DNA from: Beduini massiliensis
GTDB lineage: Bacteria > Bacillota_I > Bacilli_A > Erysipelotrichales > Coprobacillaceae
Reading direction: 5' to 3'
Assembly: GCF_000829905.1 (NCBI RefSeq)
Contig: NZ_CDPP01000004.1
Location: forward strand, 1-24,000
DNA: 24,000 nucleotides
Positions 1 through 7,695 of this stretch are shown in pieces. The notes under the pieces were generated by a model that made no database searches, had not been told where the DNA came from, and saw nothing but the letters and a program-made list of their open reading frames with translations. The first letter of the stretch is position 1. Each line of letters begins with the position of its first letter. The position numbers and the translations under genes were made by a program.

Positions 1-127
<127 letters not shown>

Positions 128-227
128 CTTTATATCATCAATCTGTTTTTCTTTGACTCTTTTGTCTTCTGACTTTTGTTTCTTTTTTTCTTCTCAATTT
201 TCTTTCTTTCGATCGAAATTGTTTGAC

Positions 228-250
228 GTGTTCTGTTCAGTTTTCAATGG
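228..250 (-). promoter_or_regulatory. Conserved rRNA leader motif (boxA-like antitermination region)
   Basis: The minus strand reads CCATTGAAAACTGAACAGAACAC. This resembles the TTTGAAAACT(A/G)AACAAGACA element found downstream of rrn promoters in Bacillus-type leaders (recalled from memory). It lies between the putative promoter and mature 16S. Confidence 0.4.
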
Positions 251-281
251 TCTCCGCGGCCCTTGATCGGACTGCCTGTTT

Positions 282-310
282 ATATTACCACGTCCTTCCT
301 CTCTTGACAA
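282..310 (-). promoter_or_regulatory. Putative sigma-A promoter of the rrn operon
   Basis: Minus strand: TTGTCA (310..305), a 17-nt spacer, then TAATAT (287..282). It sits about 155 nt upstream of the mature 16S 5' end and just downstream of the dtd terminator. Confidence 0.5.
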
Positions 311-400
311 GTCTTTTCTTTCTTTTTTTTACTTTTTTTGTATTTTTGTCAAGTTCTGTGGTAATCCTCCTATATTATTATCCATTATAATTTTTTTATA

Positions 401-430
401 CAAAAAAATATCTGAAAATTTTTCAGATAT
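401..430 (-). terminator. Rho-independent terminator after dtd
   Basis: Inverted repeat ATATCTGAAAA / TTTTCAGATAT (408-418 / 420-430) lies immediately after the dtd stop codon (431-433). It is followed on the minus strand by a T7 run. Confidence 0.8.
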
Positions 431-880
431 TTATAGAATCTCATTTGAATCTAAAATAATAGTAACGGGTCCATCATTTAGAAGTTCGATTTTCATGTCA
501 GCCCCAAAAATTCCGGTTTCCACTTTCACTCCTTGATTTTTAATATATGTATTGAAGTGATCGTAAAGCAAGACAGCTGTTTCTCCCTTAGCCGCCTGAA
601 TAAAGCTTGGACGCCTTCCTTTTTTGCAGTCCGCATATAAAGTAAATTGTGAAATTGATAAAATAGCCCCCTTTACATCTTCTAATGCCAGATTCATTTT
701 ATCCTCATGGTCACTAAACACACGCAGACCAATCATTTTATTTGCCATTTTTTCAACAATTTCAAAGGTATCACTTGAGGTAAATCCTACCAAAGCCAAA
801 TAACCTTGATCGATTCGTCCGACAATTTCACCCTCCACCTTTACTTGAGCATAGGTAACTCTTTGCAATACTATTTTCAT
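431..880 (-). CDS. dtd: D-aminoacyl-tRNA deacylase
   Basis: 149 aa, starting MKIVLQRV. It has the SQFTLYAD, GRRPSF and NDGPVT motifs and the typical Dtd length. Its ATG overlaps the miaA TGA (ATGA). Confidence 0.95.
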   Translation of the reverse strand: MKIVLQRVTYAQVKVEGEIVGRIDQGYLALVGFTSSDTFEIVEKMANKMIGLRVFSDHEDKMNLALEDVKGAILSISQFTLYADCKKGRRPSFIQAAKGETAVLLYDHFNTYIKNQGVKVETGIFGADMKIELLNDGPVTIILDSNEIL

Positions 881-2100
881 ACAAGCTCCTTTATTCGCAC
901 CAATTTATCGATTTGTTTGCCTTCTTCATGCCATTGTGGTTTCACAAAACTGCACACCTTTTCATCTAGTCCCTGCTGATATAGTGATTTTAACGTTTCT
1001 AAGGAAATCTGTGTTTCATCAAAATAGACCACGACTAAAACCTGATGATGATAACGATGAGTACGAAGTTCAAACATCGTCGGATTTTCTTTTTCTCCCT
1101 GACAATATCCAAACCAATAGTCTAGGATCCCTGGATGCTTAAAGTAACTTAAATCCTGGAAAGCATAATTAAAAGCAATATAGCGATAATGCTCTCCTTT
1201 TTCCACATAATTTAAAGCTGCCTGTACTGTTTGGTCAAAATCTTCTAAATTTACATCTATCCAATGGATATCCATCTGATTTCTAAACCAAGTGTATTGT
1301 CTTTTTGCGTAACGGCGGGAATTTTGTTTAATCTTTTCCAAGGTTTCTATTAAACTGACATTTTGATTAAAATAATCAAACCATTCTTTATACCCAATCG
1401 CTTTCATGCTTTGATGCTCCGGAAGGGCACCGAGATGTATCATGTGCGTCACTTCTTCGATCAATCCCTGCTTTACCATAAGATCAACACGCTGATTAAT
1501 CCGCTCGTAAAGAAGCGAACGCGGCAGTGTCAGCCCGATAAAGCGTACGTTATATAAACAGACATGCTGTTGTGAGGATAAATGCTCGCTTTTGCTTTTA
1601 CCGCTATGTTCAAAAATCTGCAAGGCACGCAGTACTCTTCTGCGGTTATTAGGATGAATTTTTTTGGCACTGAGCGAATCAACTTGAGCTAAGCGATGAT
1701 GCAGTTCTTCATTCGTCATATTCGGTTCAGGATCACTAAAAGGCTCCGTCTCTTCTTGAAAGGTATAGTCATACAATGCAGCTTTAATATAAAGTCCGGT
1801 TCCTCCGACAATAATCGGAACATGATGACGTTTTTGAATCGTTTGAATGCAGTCTCTGACATTCTGCTGAAATTCTTTGACAGAATAGTCCTCATCAAAA
1901 TTTTTAATATCAATCAGATGATGAGGCACTCCCTGCATCTCTTCTTTTGTTACTTTAGCTGTCCCAATATCCATTTGACGATAAATCTGCATGGAATCTC
2001 CGCTAATAATCTCTCCGTTAAGCTTCAGTGCTAATTCAACACTTAACTTTGTCTTTCCTACCGCTGTCGGTCCAACAATGACAATGACCTGATCAGTCAT
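877..2100 (-). CDS. miaA: tRNA dimethylallyltransferase (MiaA) with a ~100-aa C-terminal MsrA-like extension
   Basis: P-loop MTDQVIVIVGPTAVGKT, plus GDSMQIY, DIGTAK, HHLID, GGTGLY and NSRRYAKRQYTWFRNQ. I place the start at the ATG at 2100 rather than the track's TTG at 2151. That puts the P-loop at the usual distance from the N-terminus. The extra C-terminal domain (880-1185) is described under findings. Confidence 0.93.
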   Translation of the reverse strand: MTDQVIVIVGPTAVGKTKLSVELALKLNGEIISGDSMQIYRQMDIGTAKVTKEEMQGVPHHLIDIKNFDEDYSVKEFQQNVRDCIQTIQKRHHVPIIVGGTGLYIKAALYDYTFQEETEPFSDPEPNMTNEELHHRLAQVDSLSAKKIHPNNRRRVLRALQIFEHSGKSKSEHLSSQQHVCLYNVRFIGLTLPRSLLYERINQRVDLMVKQGLIEEVTHMIHLGALPEHQSMKAIGYKEWFDYFNQNVSLIETLEKIKQNSRRYAKRQYTWFRNQMDIHWIDVNLEDFDQTVQAALNYVEKGEHYRYIAFNYAFQDLSYFKHPGILDYWFGYCQGEKENPTMFELRTHRYHHQVLVVVYFDETQISLETLKSLYQQGLDEKVCSFVKPQWHEEGKQIDKLVRIKELV

Positions 2101-2443
2101 TTTTAATGCCCACAATCCCCGACATGACAGAAATACAAACAGAAGTGACAATCATCATAAAGAACGAACTGATATAAAAATCAGGCGCTAAAATCATTGT
2201 CGCTAACTTTAAGATAAATCCATTGACAATCAACTGAAAGATTCCCAATGTCATTAAAGTAATCGGAAAAGCTAAAATCGTTAAAATTGGTTTAATTAGT
2301 TTGTTTAAGATTGCCAGCACTACCGCAACTAATAAAGCTACTGTAAAATCTTTAACGTAGACACTATCAAACATATAACTGATAATCATAATGATAATAG
2401 CCCCTAACACAAATTCTAATATGGTTTCAATAATAGATTTCAA
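2093..2443 (-). CDS. Small 4-TM membrane protein, DUF360 / 'phage holin family 4' (YvlD-like)
   Basis: 116 aa and almost entirely hydrophobic helices (…LNKLIKPILTILAFPITLMTLGIFQLIVNGF…), typical of the Phage_holin_4_2/DUF360 family. It starts at a TTG directly after the mutL TAA, preceded by AGAGGGTGG as RBS. Its 3' end overlaps the miaA start by 8 nt (ATGACTGA). Confidence 0.7.
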   Translation of the reverse strand: MKSIIETILEFVLGAIIIMIISYMFDSVYVKDFTVALLVAVVLAILNKLIKPILTILAFPITLMTLGIFQLIVNGFILKLATMILAPDFYISSFFMMIVTSVCISVMSGIVGIKND

Positions 2444-4243
2444 TTATACCACCCTCTTAAATAATTTTTCTAATTCATAGGCTGAATAAAAAATAACAGC
2501 CGGACGTCCATGCGGACATACATAAGGATTATCACAGCGCATTAAGTCATCCAAAATCGTCTGCATATCCTGTGTTGTCAGATATGTATTCGCTTTTAAC
2601 GAAGCTTTACAGCTCAAGGTTGCGACTGCATGTTCTTGAAGACTTGGCAGATCTATCTTATTCATCGTTAAAATCTGTTCCAACATATCCTCAATATATT
2701 TCTTTTCATCTATATTATTCATCCAAATCGGTAATTTTTTCACCGTAAAACTACTATTTCCAAATTCAATCAGTTCAATTCCTACTTTTAATAAAGCATC
2801 TTTTTTTTCTTTTAAGATTATAAATTCACTCATCGGAAATTCAAACACGAGCGGAATCAGCAAATCCTGATAAATTGGAACAAACGTTTCAAACTTACGT
2901 TTATAATACTCATAGTTAACACGCTCTTTTGCTGCATGCTGATCGATCAGATAAAGTCCCTCCTGATTTTCACCTACAATATAGCTTCCGTGGATCTGCG
3001 TTTTTGCATAAATTTTTTTCTTGATCGGTCTTGGTGCTTCTTCTTGATAGACCGACTGTGTCTCTTTAACGATCAACGGTTCTGTCGTATCTTCGGCAGC
3101 CGTTTCAACATGATGATTAACATAAACCGGGATTTCTTTTGCCAGATCCATTTTTTCTTCTGTCTTTAATACTTCTGTCTCTAAATCAAAAGACGGCTGA
3201 GCAAAAGGTTTATTAAACGTTTCTTTTTCAGTTTCCTTATTTTTTGGCTGATAAAGCAGATCATTTTCTTTTAAAGCTTCTTTAACGCCGTTATATACCA
3301 ACTCTTTTAATTGTCCTTCTTTAGAAAAACGCACTTCCATCTTAGCCGGATGAACATTGACATCCACTAAATACGGATCAATTTCAATATTAATAAACGC
3401 AATGGGATAGCGATCAGACGCTAAATAATCACGATAAGCTAAATTGACTGCATCGATCGTCATCAGATTACGCACAACCCTTTGATTAATTAAAGTAATG
3501 ATGTTGGCTTTTGATGCTCTTGATGTATCAATTTTAGATATGTAGCCGCTGATGGAGAACTCTTCATCACAAAACTCCACCTTAATCATATTCTTAGCGA
3601 CTCCTAATCCATAGATTTGCCCAATCACTTCAATCAGCTGACCATTGCCACTGGTTCTAAAAATCAATCGGTCCTGATGATATAAAGAAAACGCAATCTG
3701 CGGATTCGCCAAGGCAAACTTTTCAACAAAACCTTGAATATGTGAAAACTCTGAATTGACACTTTTCAAATATTTTAAACGTGCCGGCACATTATGAAAT
3801 AATTTACTGACTGTGATAGTGGTTCCTTTTTTCGCATCCGTTTCGCCTTCTTCTTTTAACTCGCCAAAATCATAAAAGGCACGATATCCTTGCATTCCCT
3901 GTGAAGTTTTTAATTCAAATTGTGAAATGGAAGCAATGGAAGGGATGGCTTCACCACGAAATCCTAAGGTAGTGATATTAAATAAATCAAAATCATCCTT
4001 AATCTTGCTGGTGGCATGCGTCTTTATACACATACGTGCATCGATGGCATCCATTCCATCCCCATCATCAATGACTTTAATCAGCTGCATGCCTCCTTCT
4101 TCAATATAAATTGAAATTGAACGTGCAGATGCATCAATACTATTTTCTACCAGCTCTTTAACAACATTGGCTGGACGTTCAATCACTTCTCCGGCAGCAA
4201 TTTTATTTGCCAGCTGCTTATCTAATTGTCTGATAATTCCCAT
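2444..4243 (-). CDS. mutL: DNA mismatch repair protein MutL
   Basis: 599 aa. It has a GHKL ATPase N-terminus (KELVENSIDA, DDGDGM, LGFRGEA) and a C-terminal dimerisation/endonuclease region (QHAAKERVNYE, CPHGRP). The RBS is GGGAGG. Confidence 0.97.
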   Translation of the reverse strand: MGIIRQLDKQLANKIAAGEVIERPANVVKELVENSIDASARSISIYIEEGGMQLIKVIDDGDGMDAIDARMCIKTHATSKIKDDFDLFNITTLGFRGEAIPSIASISQFELKTSQGMQGYRAFYDFGELKEEGETDAKKGTTITVSKLFHNVPARLKYLKSVNSEFSHIQGFVEKFALANPQIAFSLYHQDRLIFRTSGNGQLIEVIGQIYGLGVAKNMIKVEFCDEEFSISGYISKIDTSRASKANIITLINQRVVRNLMTIDAVNLAYRDYLASDRYPIAFINIEIDPYLVDVNVHPAKMEVRFSKEGQLKELVYNGVKEALKENDLLYQPKNKETEKETFNKPFAQPSFDLETEVLKTEEKMDLAKEIPVYVNHHVETAAEDTTEPLIVKETQSVYQEEAPRPIKKKIYAKTQIHGSYIVGENQEGLYLIDQHAAKERVNYEYYKRKFETFVPIYQDLLIPLVFEFPMSEFIILKEKKDALLKVGIELIEFGNSSFTVKKLPIWMNNIDEKKYIEDMLEQILTMNKIDLPSLQEHAVATLSCKASLKANTYLTTQDMQTILDDLMRCDNPYVCPHGRPAVIFYSAYELEKLFKRVV

Positions 4244-4246
4244 ATA

Positions 4247-6769
4247 CTACCTCCCTGCCATATTTTTAAGTTCGATTAATGTTGATAATGCATCCAATGG
4301 TGATAAAGACATCGGATCAATCTTATCTAAATAAAGTTCTACCATTGATTTTTCTATAGTTTTTTCGGTCTTTTCAACAGCTTTTATTTCTACTGTATTA
4401 TTTTCTAAAGACATTAAAATGTCATTCGCTCTATAAAGCAGACTGTCTGGTAAATGTGCCAGCTTGGCAACATTGACCCCATAAGACTTATTGGCTTTCC
4501 CCGGTTTAACCTTATACAAGAAAATGATGTCATGTCCATCTTCGCTTACACTGGCATGGACATTTTTTATATTCCCTAAGGTGCTTTCCAGTTCCGTTAA
4601 TTCATGATAATGGGTTGAAAACAGTGTTAAACAATGGATTTTGTTGACAATATATTCGATGATTGCCTGTGCAATCGCCATTCCGTCATAAGTGGCGGTT
4701 CCTCGTCCGATTTCATCAAATACAATCAATGAATTCTCAGTTGCTCCTTGTAAAGCTTTATTGGCTTCCAACATTTCTACCATAAAGGTTGATTGTCCGC
4801 TGATGAGATCATCGCTTGCCCCAATGCGGGTAAAGATCTTATCCACGATGGGCAGATTCGCTGACGCCGCACAAACATAACAGCCGATTTGCGCCATGAT
4901 GATCGTTAAAGTAATTTGTCGCATATAGGTCGATTTACCGCCCATATTCGGTCCTGTAATCATTAAGACATGACTGGACTGATCCATATAGATATCATTT
5001 TCTACATAACGCTGTTTTTTCATGACTTCGTTAATCACTGCATGCTTTCCTTCACTGATATCAATCACATGGTCATGATTAAAGGTCGGACGAACATAAC
5101 CATTTTGGCTCGAAACAACCGCCAAAGATTGATAAGCATCGATTTTCGCAATAGCGCCGGCGACTTGCTGTATTTTTGACACGACTTTTCTTAATTCATC
5201 TCTCAGTTCTGTAAATAACTGATATTCAAGTTTTGTGATTTTATCTTCGGCACTGAGAATCTTATTTTCCATCTCTTTAAGTTCCGGTGTAATGAAACGT
5301 TCAGCATTGGCTAAACTTTGTTTTCGTGTATATAAAAATTCATCTTTAATTTGTGACAAGTAACTCTTCGTTACCTCTATGTAATAACCAAACACACGAT
5401 TATATCCGATTTTTAAGTTTTTGATTCCGGTGCGTTCTTTTTCTTTTGCTTCAAATTCCAATATCCATTGTTTGCCATGATCTCTGGCATCTGTAAACTC
5501 ATCTAACAAAGCGCTGTATCCACTGCGAATTAAGCCACCGTCTTTTAAATTAATAGGCGGATTGTCTACTAAAGCACGATCAATTAAATCCGTAGTCTCT
5601 GAAAGATCCACTAAATCCACTAACAGCTCATTTGTCAGCGGATGATTCAATGCCTGCAGCTGATTTCGTAATTCAGGAATCACTTTTAAAGAGGTTCCGA
5701 TCCACTTGATATCACGGGGATTTACATTCCCATAAGCGACACGAGCGGCTAATCGTTCCAGATCATAAACATCTTTCAGAATTTCTTTCAAAGATTCTCT
5801 TTCCAAATAATTATCGATCAATAGTTCTACTAAATCCAATCGTTTTTCAATCGCTGTTTGTTCAATCAAAGGTTTATCGATCCATTGCTTTAACAAGCGT
5901 GATCCCATTGCACATTTTGTATGATCCAACAGCCAAAATAAACTTCCGTATTTTTCATTTTGACGAATCGTTGTCAATAATTCCAAACTGTTTTTGGTAA
6001 ACACATCCATGTTTAAATAATCTGTATTCTCGATCAATCGGACTTCCTGCAGATAAGGAAGTTCACGTTTTTGTGTTTCTACCAGATAATTAAATAAGAT
6101 CGACATGGTTTTGATCATTTTCATGTCACTAATCTGTTTAAATAATGGCTTATAGGCCTCTTTAAAATCACTATTGCTCGCAAAGGATATCAAAATATGA
6201 TAATTTTCCTGAAGTTTACGATGGTCAAGATTCACCTCATTTTCCAAAACCACTAATTCCTTTATATTATTAGAAAGCAAAGCATCAATGAGGGCTTCTT
6301 CATTTTTATCGATTGCCATCACACTTGTTTCACCTGTAGAAATATCGGCAAAACCTACAATACTGTTAAACTCATACGAAACATAGCAGGCAATGAAGTT
6401 ATTTTCTTTAAAGTTCATCGCATCTTCCATGACCGTTCCCGGCGTAATCACTTGAATAACTCCACGTTTTACGATCTTATCGACACCCGGTTGCGTCAAT
6501 TGTTCTACAATAGCAACTTTGTAGCCTTTATCAATTAAACGCTGTATGTACCCATTAACCGCATGGAAAGGGACTCCGCACATCGGTACTCTCTCCGCTG
6601 TTCCGGCATCCCTCCCGGTTAATGCAATTTCCAATACTTTAGATGCTGTTTTGGCATCTTCAAAAAACATCTCATAAAAATCGCCTAAACGAAACATCAC
6701 GATGGCGTCTTGGTATTGTTCTTTTATTTCTAAATACTGCATCATCATTGGCGTATATTTTTCTTTCAT
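4247..6769 (-). CDS. mutS: DNA mismatch repair protein MutS
   Basis: 840 aa. The N-terminus reads TPMMMQYLEIKEQY…FRLGDFYEMF, the Walker A motif is GPNMGGKST, and DEIGRGT and STHYHEL are present. Confidence 0.98.
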   Translation of the reverse strand: MKEKYTPMMMQYLEIKEQYQDAIVMFRLGDFYEMFFEDAKTASKVLEIALTGRDAGTAERVPMCGVPFHAVNGYIQRLIDKGYKVAIVEQLTQPGVDKIVKRGVIQVITPGTVMEDAMNFKENNFIACYVSYEFNSIVGFADISTGETSVMAIDKNEEALIDALLSNNIKELVVLENEVNLDHRKLQENYHILISFASNSDFKEAYKPLFKQISDMKMIKTMSILFNYLVETQKRELPYLQEVRLIENTDYLNMDVFTKNSLELLTTIRQNEKYGSLFWLLDHTKCAMGSRLLKQWIDKPLIEQTAIEKRLDLVELLIDNYLERESLKEILKDVYDLERLAARVAYGNVNPRDIKWIGTSLKVIPELRNQLQALNHPLTNELLVDLVDLSETTDLIDRALVDNPPINLKDGGLIRSGYSALLDEFTDARDHGKQWILEFEAKEKERTGIKNLKIGYNRVFGYYIEVTKSYLSQIKDEFLYTRKQSLANAERFITPELKEMENKILSAEDKITKLEYQLFTELRDELRKVVSKIQQVAGAIAKIDAYQSLAVVSSQNGYVRPTFNHDHVIDISEGKHAVINEVMKKQRYVENDIYMDQSSHVLMITGPNMGGKSTYMRQITLTIIMAQIGCYVCAASANLPIVDKIFTRIGASDDLISGQSTFMVEMLEANKALQGATENSLIVFDEIGRGTATYDGMAIAQAIIEYIVNKIHCLTLFSTHYHELTELESTLGNIKNVHASVSEDGHDIIFLYKVKPGKANKSYGVNVAKLAHLPDSLLYRANDILMSLENNTVEIKAVEKTEKTIEKSMVELYLDKIDPMSLSPLDALSTLIELKNMAGR

Positions 6770-6790
6770 TTAACCACATCCTTGCTTCAT

Positions 6791-6819
6791 ATTATACCAT
6801 AATTTTTCATCTGAATGCT
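6791..6819 (-). promoter_or_regulatory. Possible extended -10 promoter for mutS-mutL
   Basis: The minus strand reads TGGTATAAT (6799..6791), an extended -10. The -35 is poor (AGCATT) and overlaps the cotE stop codon. There is no terminator between cotE and mutS. Confidence 0.35.
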
Positions 6820-7297
6820 ACTTAATAAAATTCGGATCGATCTGATTGATGTCATCTCTCATCTCAATCTTGATCATCGTTTCTCCCAACACACTAATTT
6901 CCATTATTTTTTCTAGCTCAACTTCAATTTCTTTTTCTTCAATAACTGTAGCTTTGATACATTTTGGCTCCTGCAAGCAGGTACTGATCGTTTCATCGTT
7001 CTCATTAATCTCTTTTGGATCTAATTTTTCCGGAACAATTTCGTCACAGTAAGTAATCTTGCTAACAAAGACTTCACTTTTATTTTTGTCGTAGCTGTAC
7101 CATAAATGAACATCATAACTTCCAACGGAATATGTTTGGTTATCTCTGATCTTGGCCTGATGGTGATGATCCACGATCCAACACCCTAAGATCGAATCAC
7201 ATGTATTAGGTAAAGTGATCTTATATGTGGATAATGTCGTTTTCATCCCTTTGGCTAATAGTGCTTTGGTGTAAATCTCTCGAATCATATTAGACAT
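6818..7297 (-). CDS. cotE: Spore coat morphogenetic protein CotE
   Basis: 159 aa. The N-terminus MSNMIREIYTKALLAKGMK…SILGCWIVDHH…WYSY… parallels B. subtilis CotE (…REIITKAVVAKGRK…ILGGWIINHKY…WYSY, recalled). The conserved position between ymcA and mutS matches B. subtilis. The RBS is GGGAGGG. It lacks the long acidic C-terminal tail of B. subtilis CotE. Confidence 0.8.
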   Translation of the reverse strand: MSNMIREIYTKALLAKGMKTTLSTYKITLPNTCDSILGCWIVDHHHQAKIRDNQTYSVGSYDVHLWYSYDKNKSEVFVSKITYCDEIVPEKLDPKEINENDETISTCLQEPKCIKATVIEEKEIEVELEKIMEISVLGETMIKIEMRDDINQIDPNFIK

Positions 7298-7324
7298 CGT
7301 ATCCCTCCCTTAACACTATATGCG

Positions 7325-7362
7325 GTAAAAATAAAATAAGACAATTCTTTTTTGTCTTATTT
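7325..7362 (-). terminator. Rho-independent terminator after ricA (ymcA)
   Basis: A 10-bp perfect stem AAATAAGACA / TGTCTTATTT (7334-7343 / 7353-7362) with a 9-nt loop. It is followed on the minus strand by TATTTTT and overlaps the ricA stop codon. Confidence 0.7.
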
Positions 7363-7695
7363 TATCCCACCGTTAATATATTGATTGATATATTGCAGAT
7401 ATTCGTTAAGTGAATCTTTCGCTGCCAAATAATTCACCACTAGAGGATGAAGTTCATAGGCTTCCATTCGCTTTTGATATTCTGCTTTCAATTTTTCTAA
7501 GTGTTCATCTTCATGATAAGTCGCATTGACAATATCCTGCTGCATTAATTTTAATGCCTCTTCCTCTTTTTTCAATGCCTCATCTTCATGAATCTTTTGC
7601 TCATAAGCTAAATACTCCTGATAGATATCACTTTCTTTAATCGCTTTATTTAGTTTTAAAGCGATGTCTCTTGCATTATTCACAGATTTTACCAT
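7357..7695 (-). CDS. ricA: YlbF/YmcA-family protein (RicA-like component of the RNase Y 'Y-complex')
   Basis: 112 aa, helical and rich in E/K/Y/L (…[17 protein letters not shown]…[20 protein letters not shown]…), consistent with the Com_YlbF family. Its position directly after miaB and before cotE matches B. subtilis ymcA. It overlaps the miaB 3' end by 20 nt. Confidence 0.7.
   Translation of the reverse strand: MVKSVNNARDIALKLNKAIKESDIYQEYLAYEQKIHEDEALKKEEEALKLMQQDIVNATYHEDEHLEKLKAEYQKRMEAYELHPLVVNYLAAKDSLNEYLQYINQYINGGIK

Noticed and set aside
128-281. Pyrimidine-rich tract with short direct repeats (TGACTCTTTTGT / TGACTTTTGTTT), considered as a possible repeat array or CRISPR-like feature.
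   Set aside because: The repeats are too short and irregular. The region is the transcribed leader between the rrn promoter and 16S, where such purine-rich (on the RNA strand) processing-stalk sequences are normal.
2101-2151. 17-codon N-terminal extension of MiaA in the track (MSLLFVFLSCRGLWALK…).
   Set aside because: It starts at a TTG and lies inside the DUF360 gene. It would also push the P-loop unusually far from the N-terminus, so the ATG at 2100 is the better start.
2093-2443. The 'phage holin family' protein as a sign of a prophage or lysis cassette.
   Set aside because: There is no endolysin, integrase, capsid or tail gene nearby, and the gene sits in a conserved housekeeping operon. 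The DUF360/YvlD family is widespread in chromosomal contexts.
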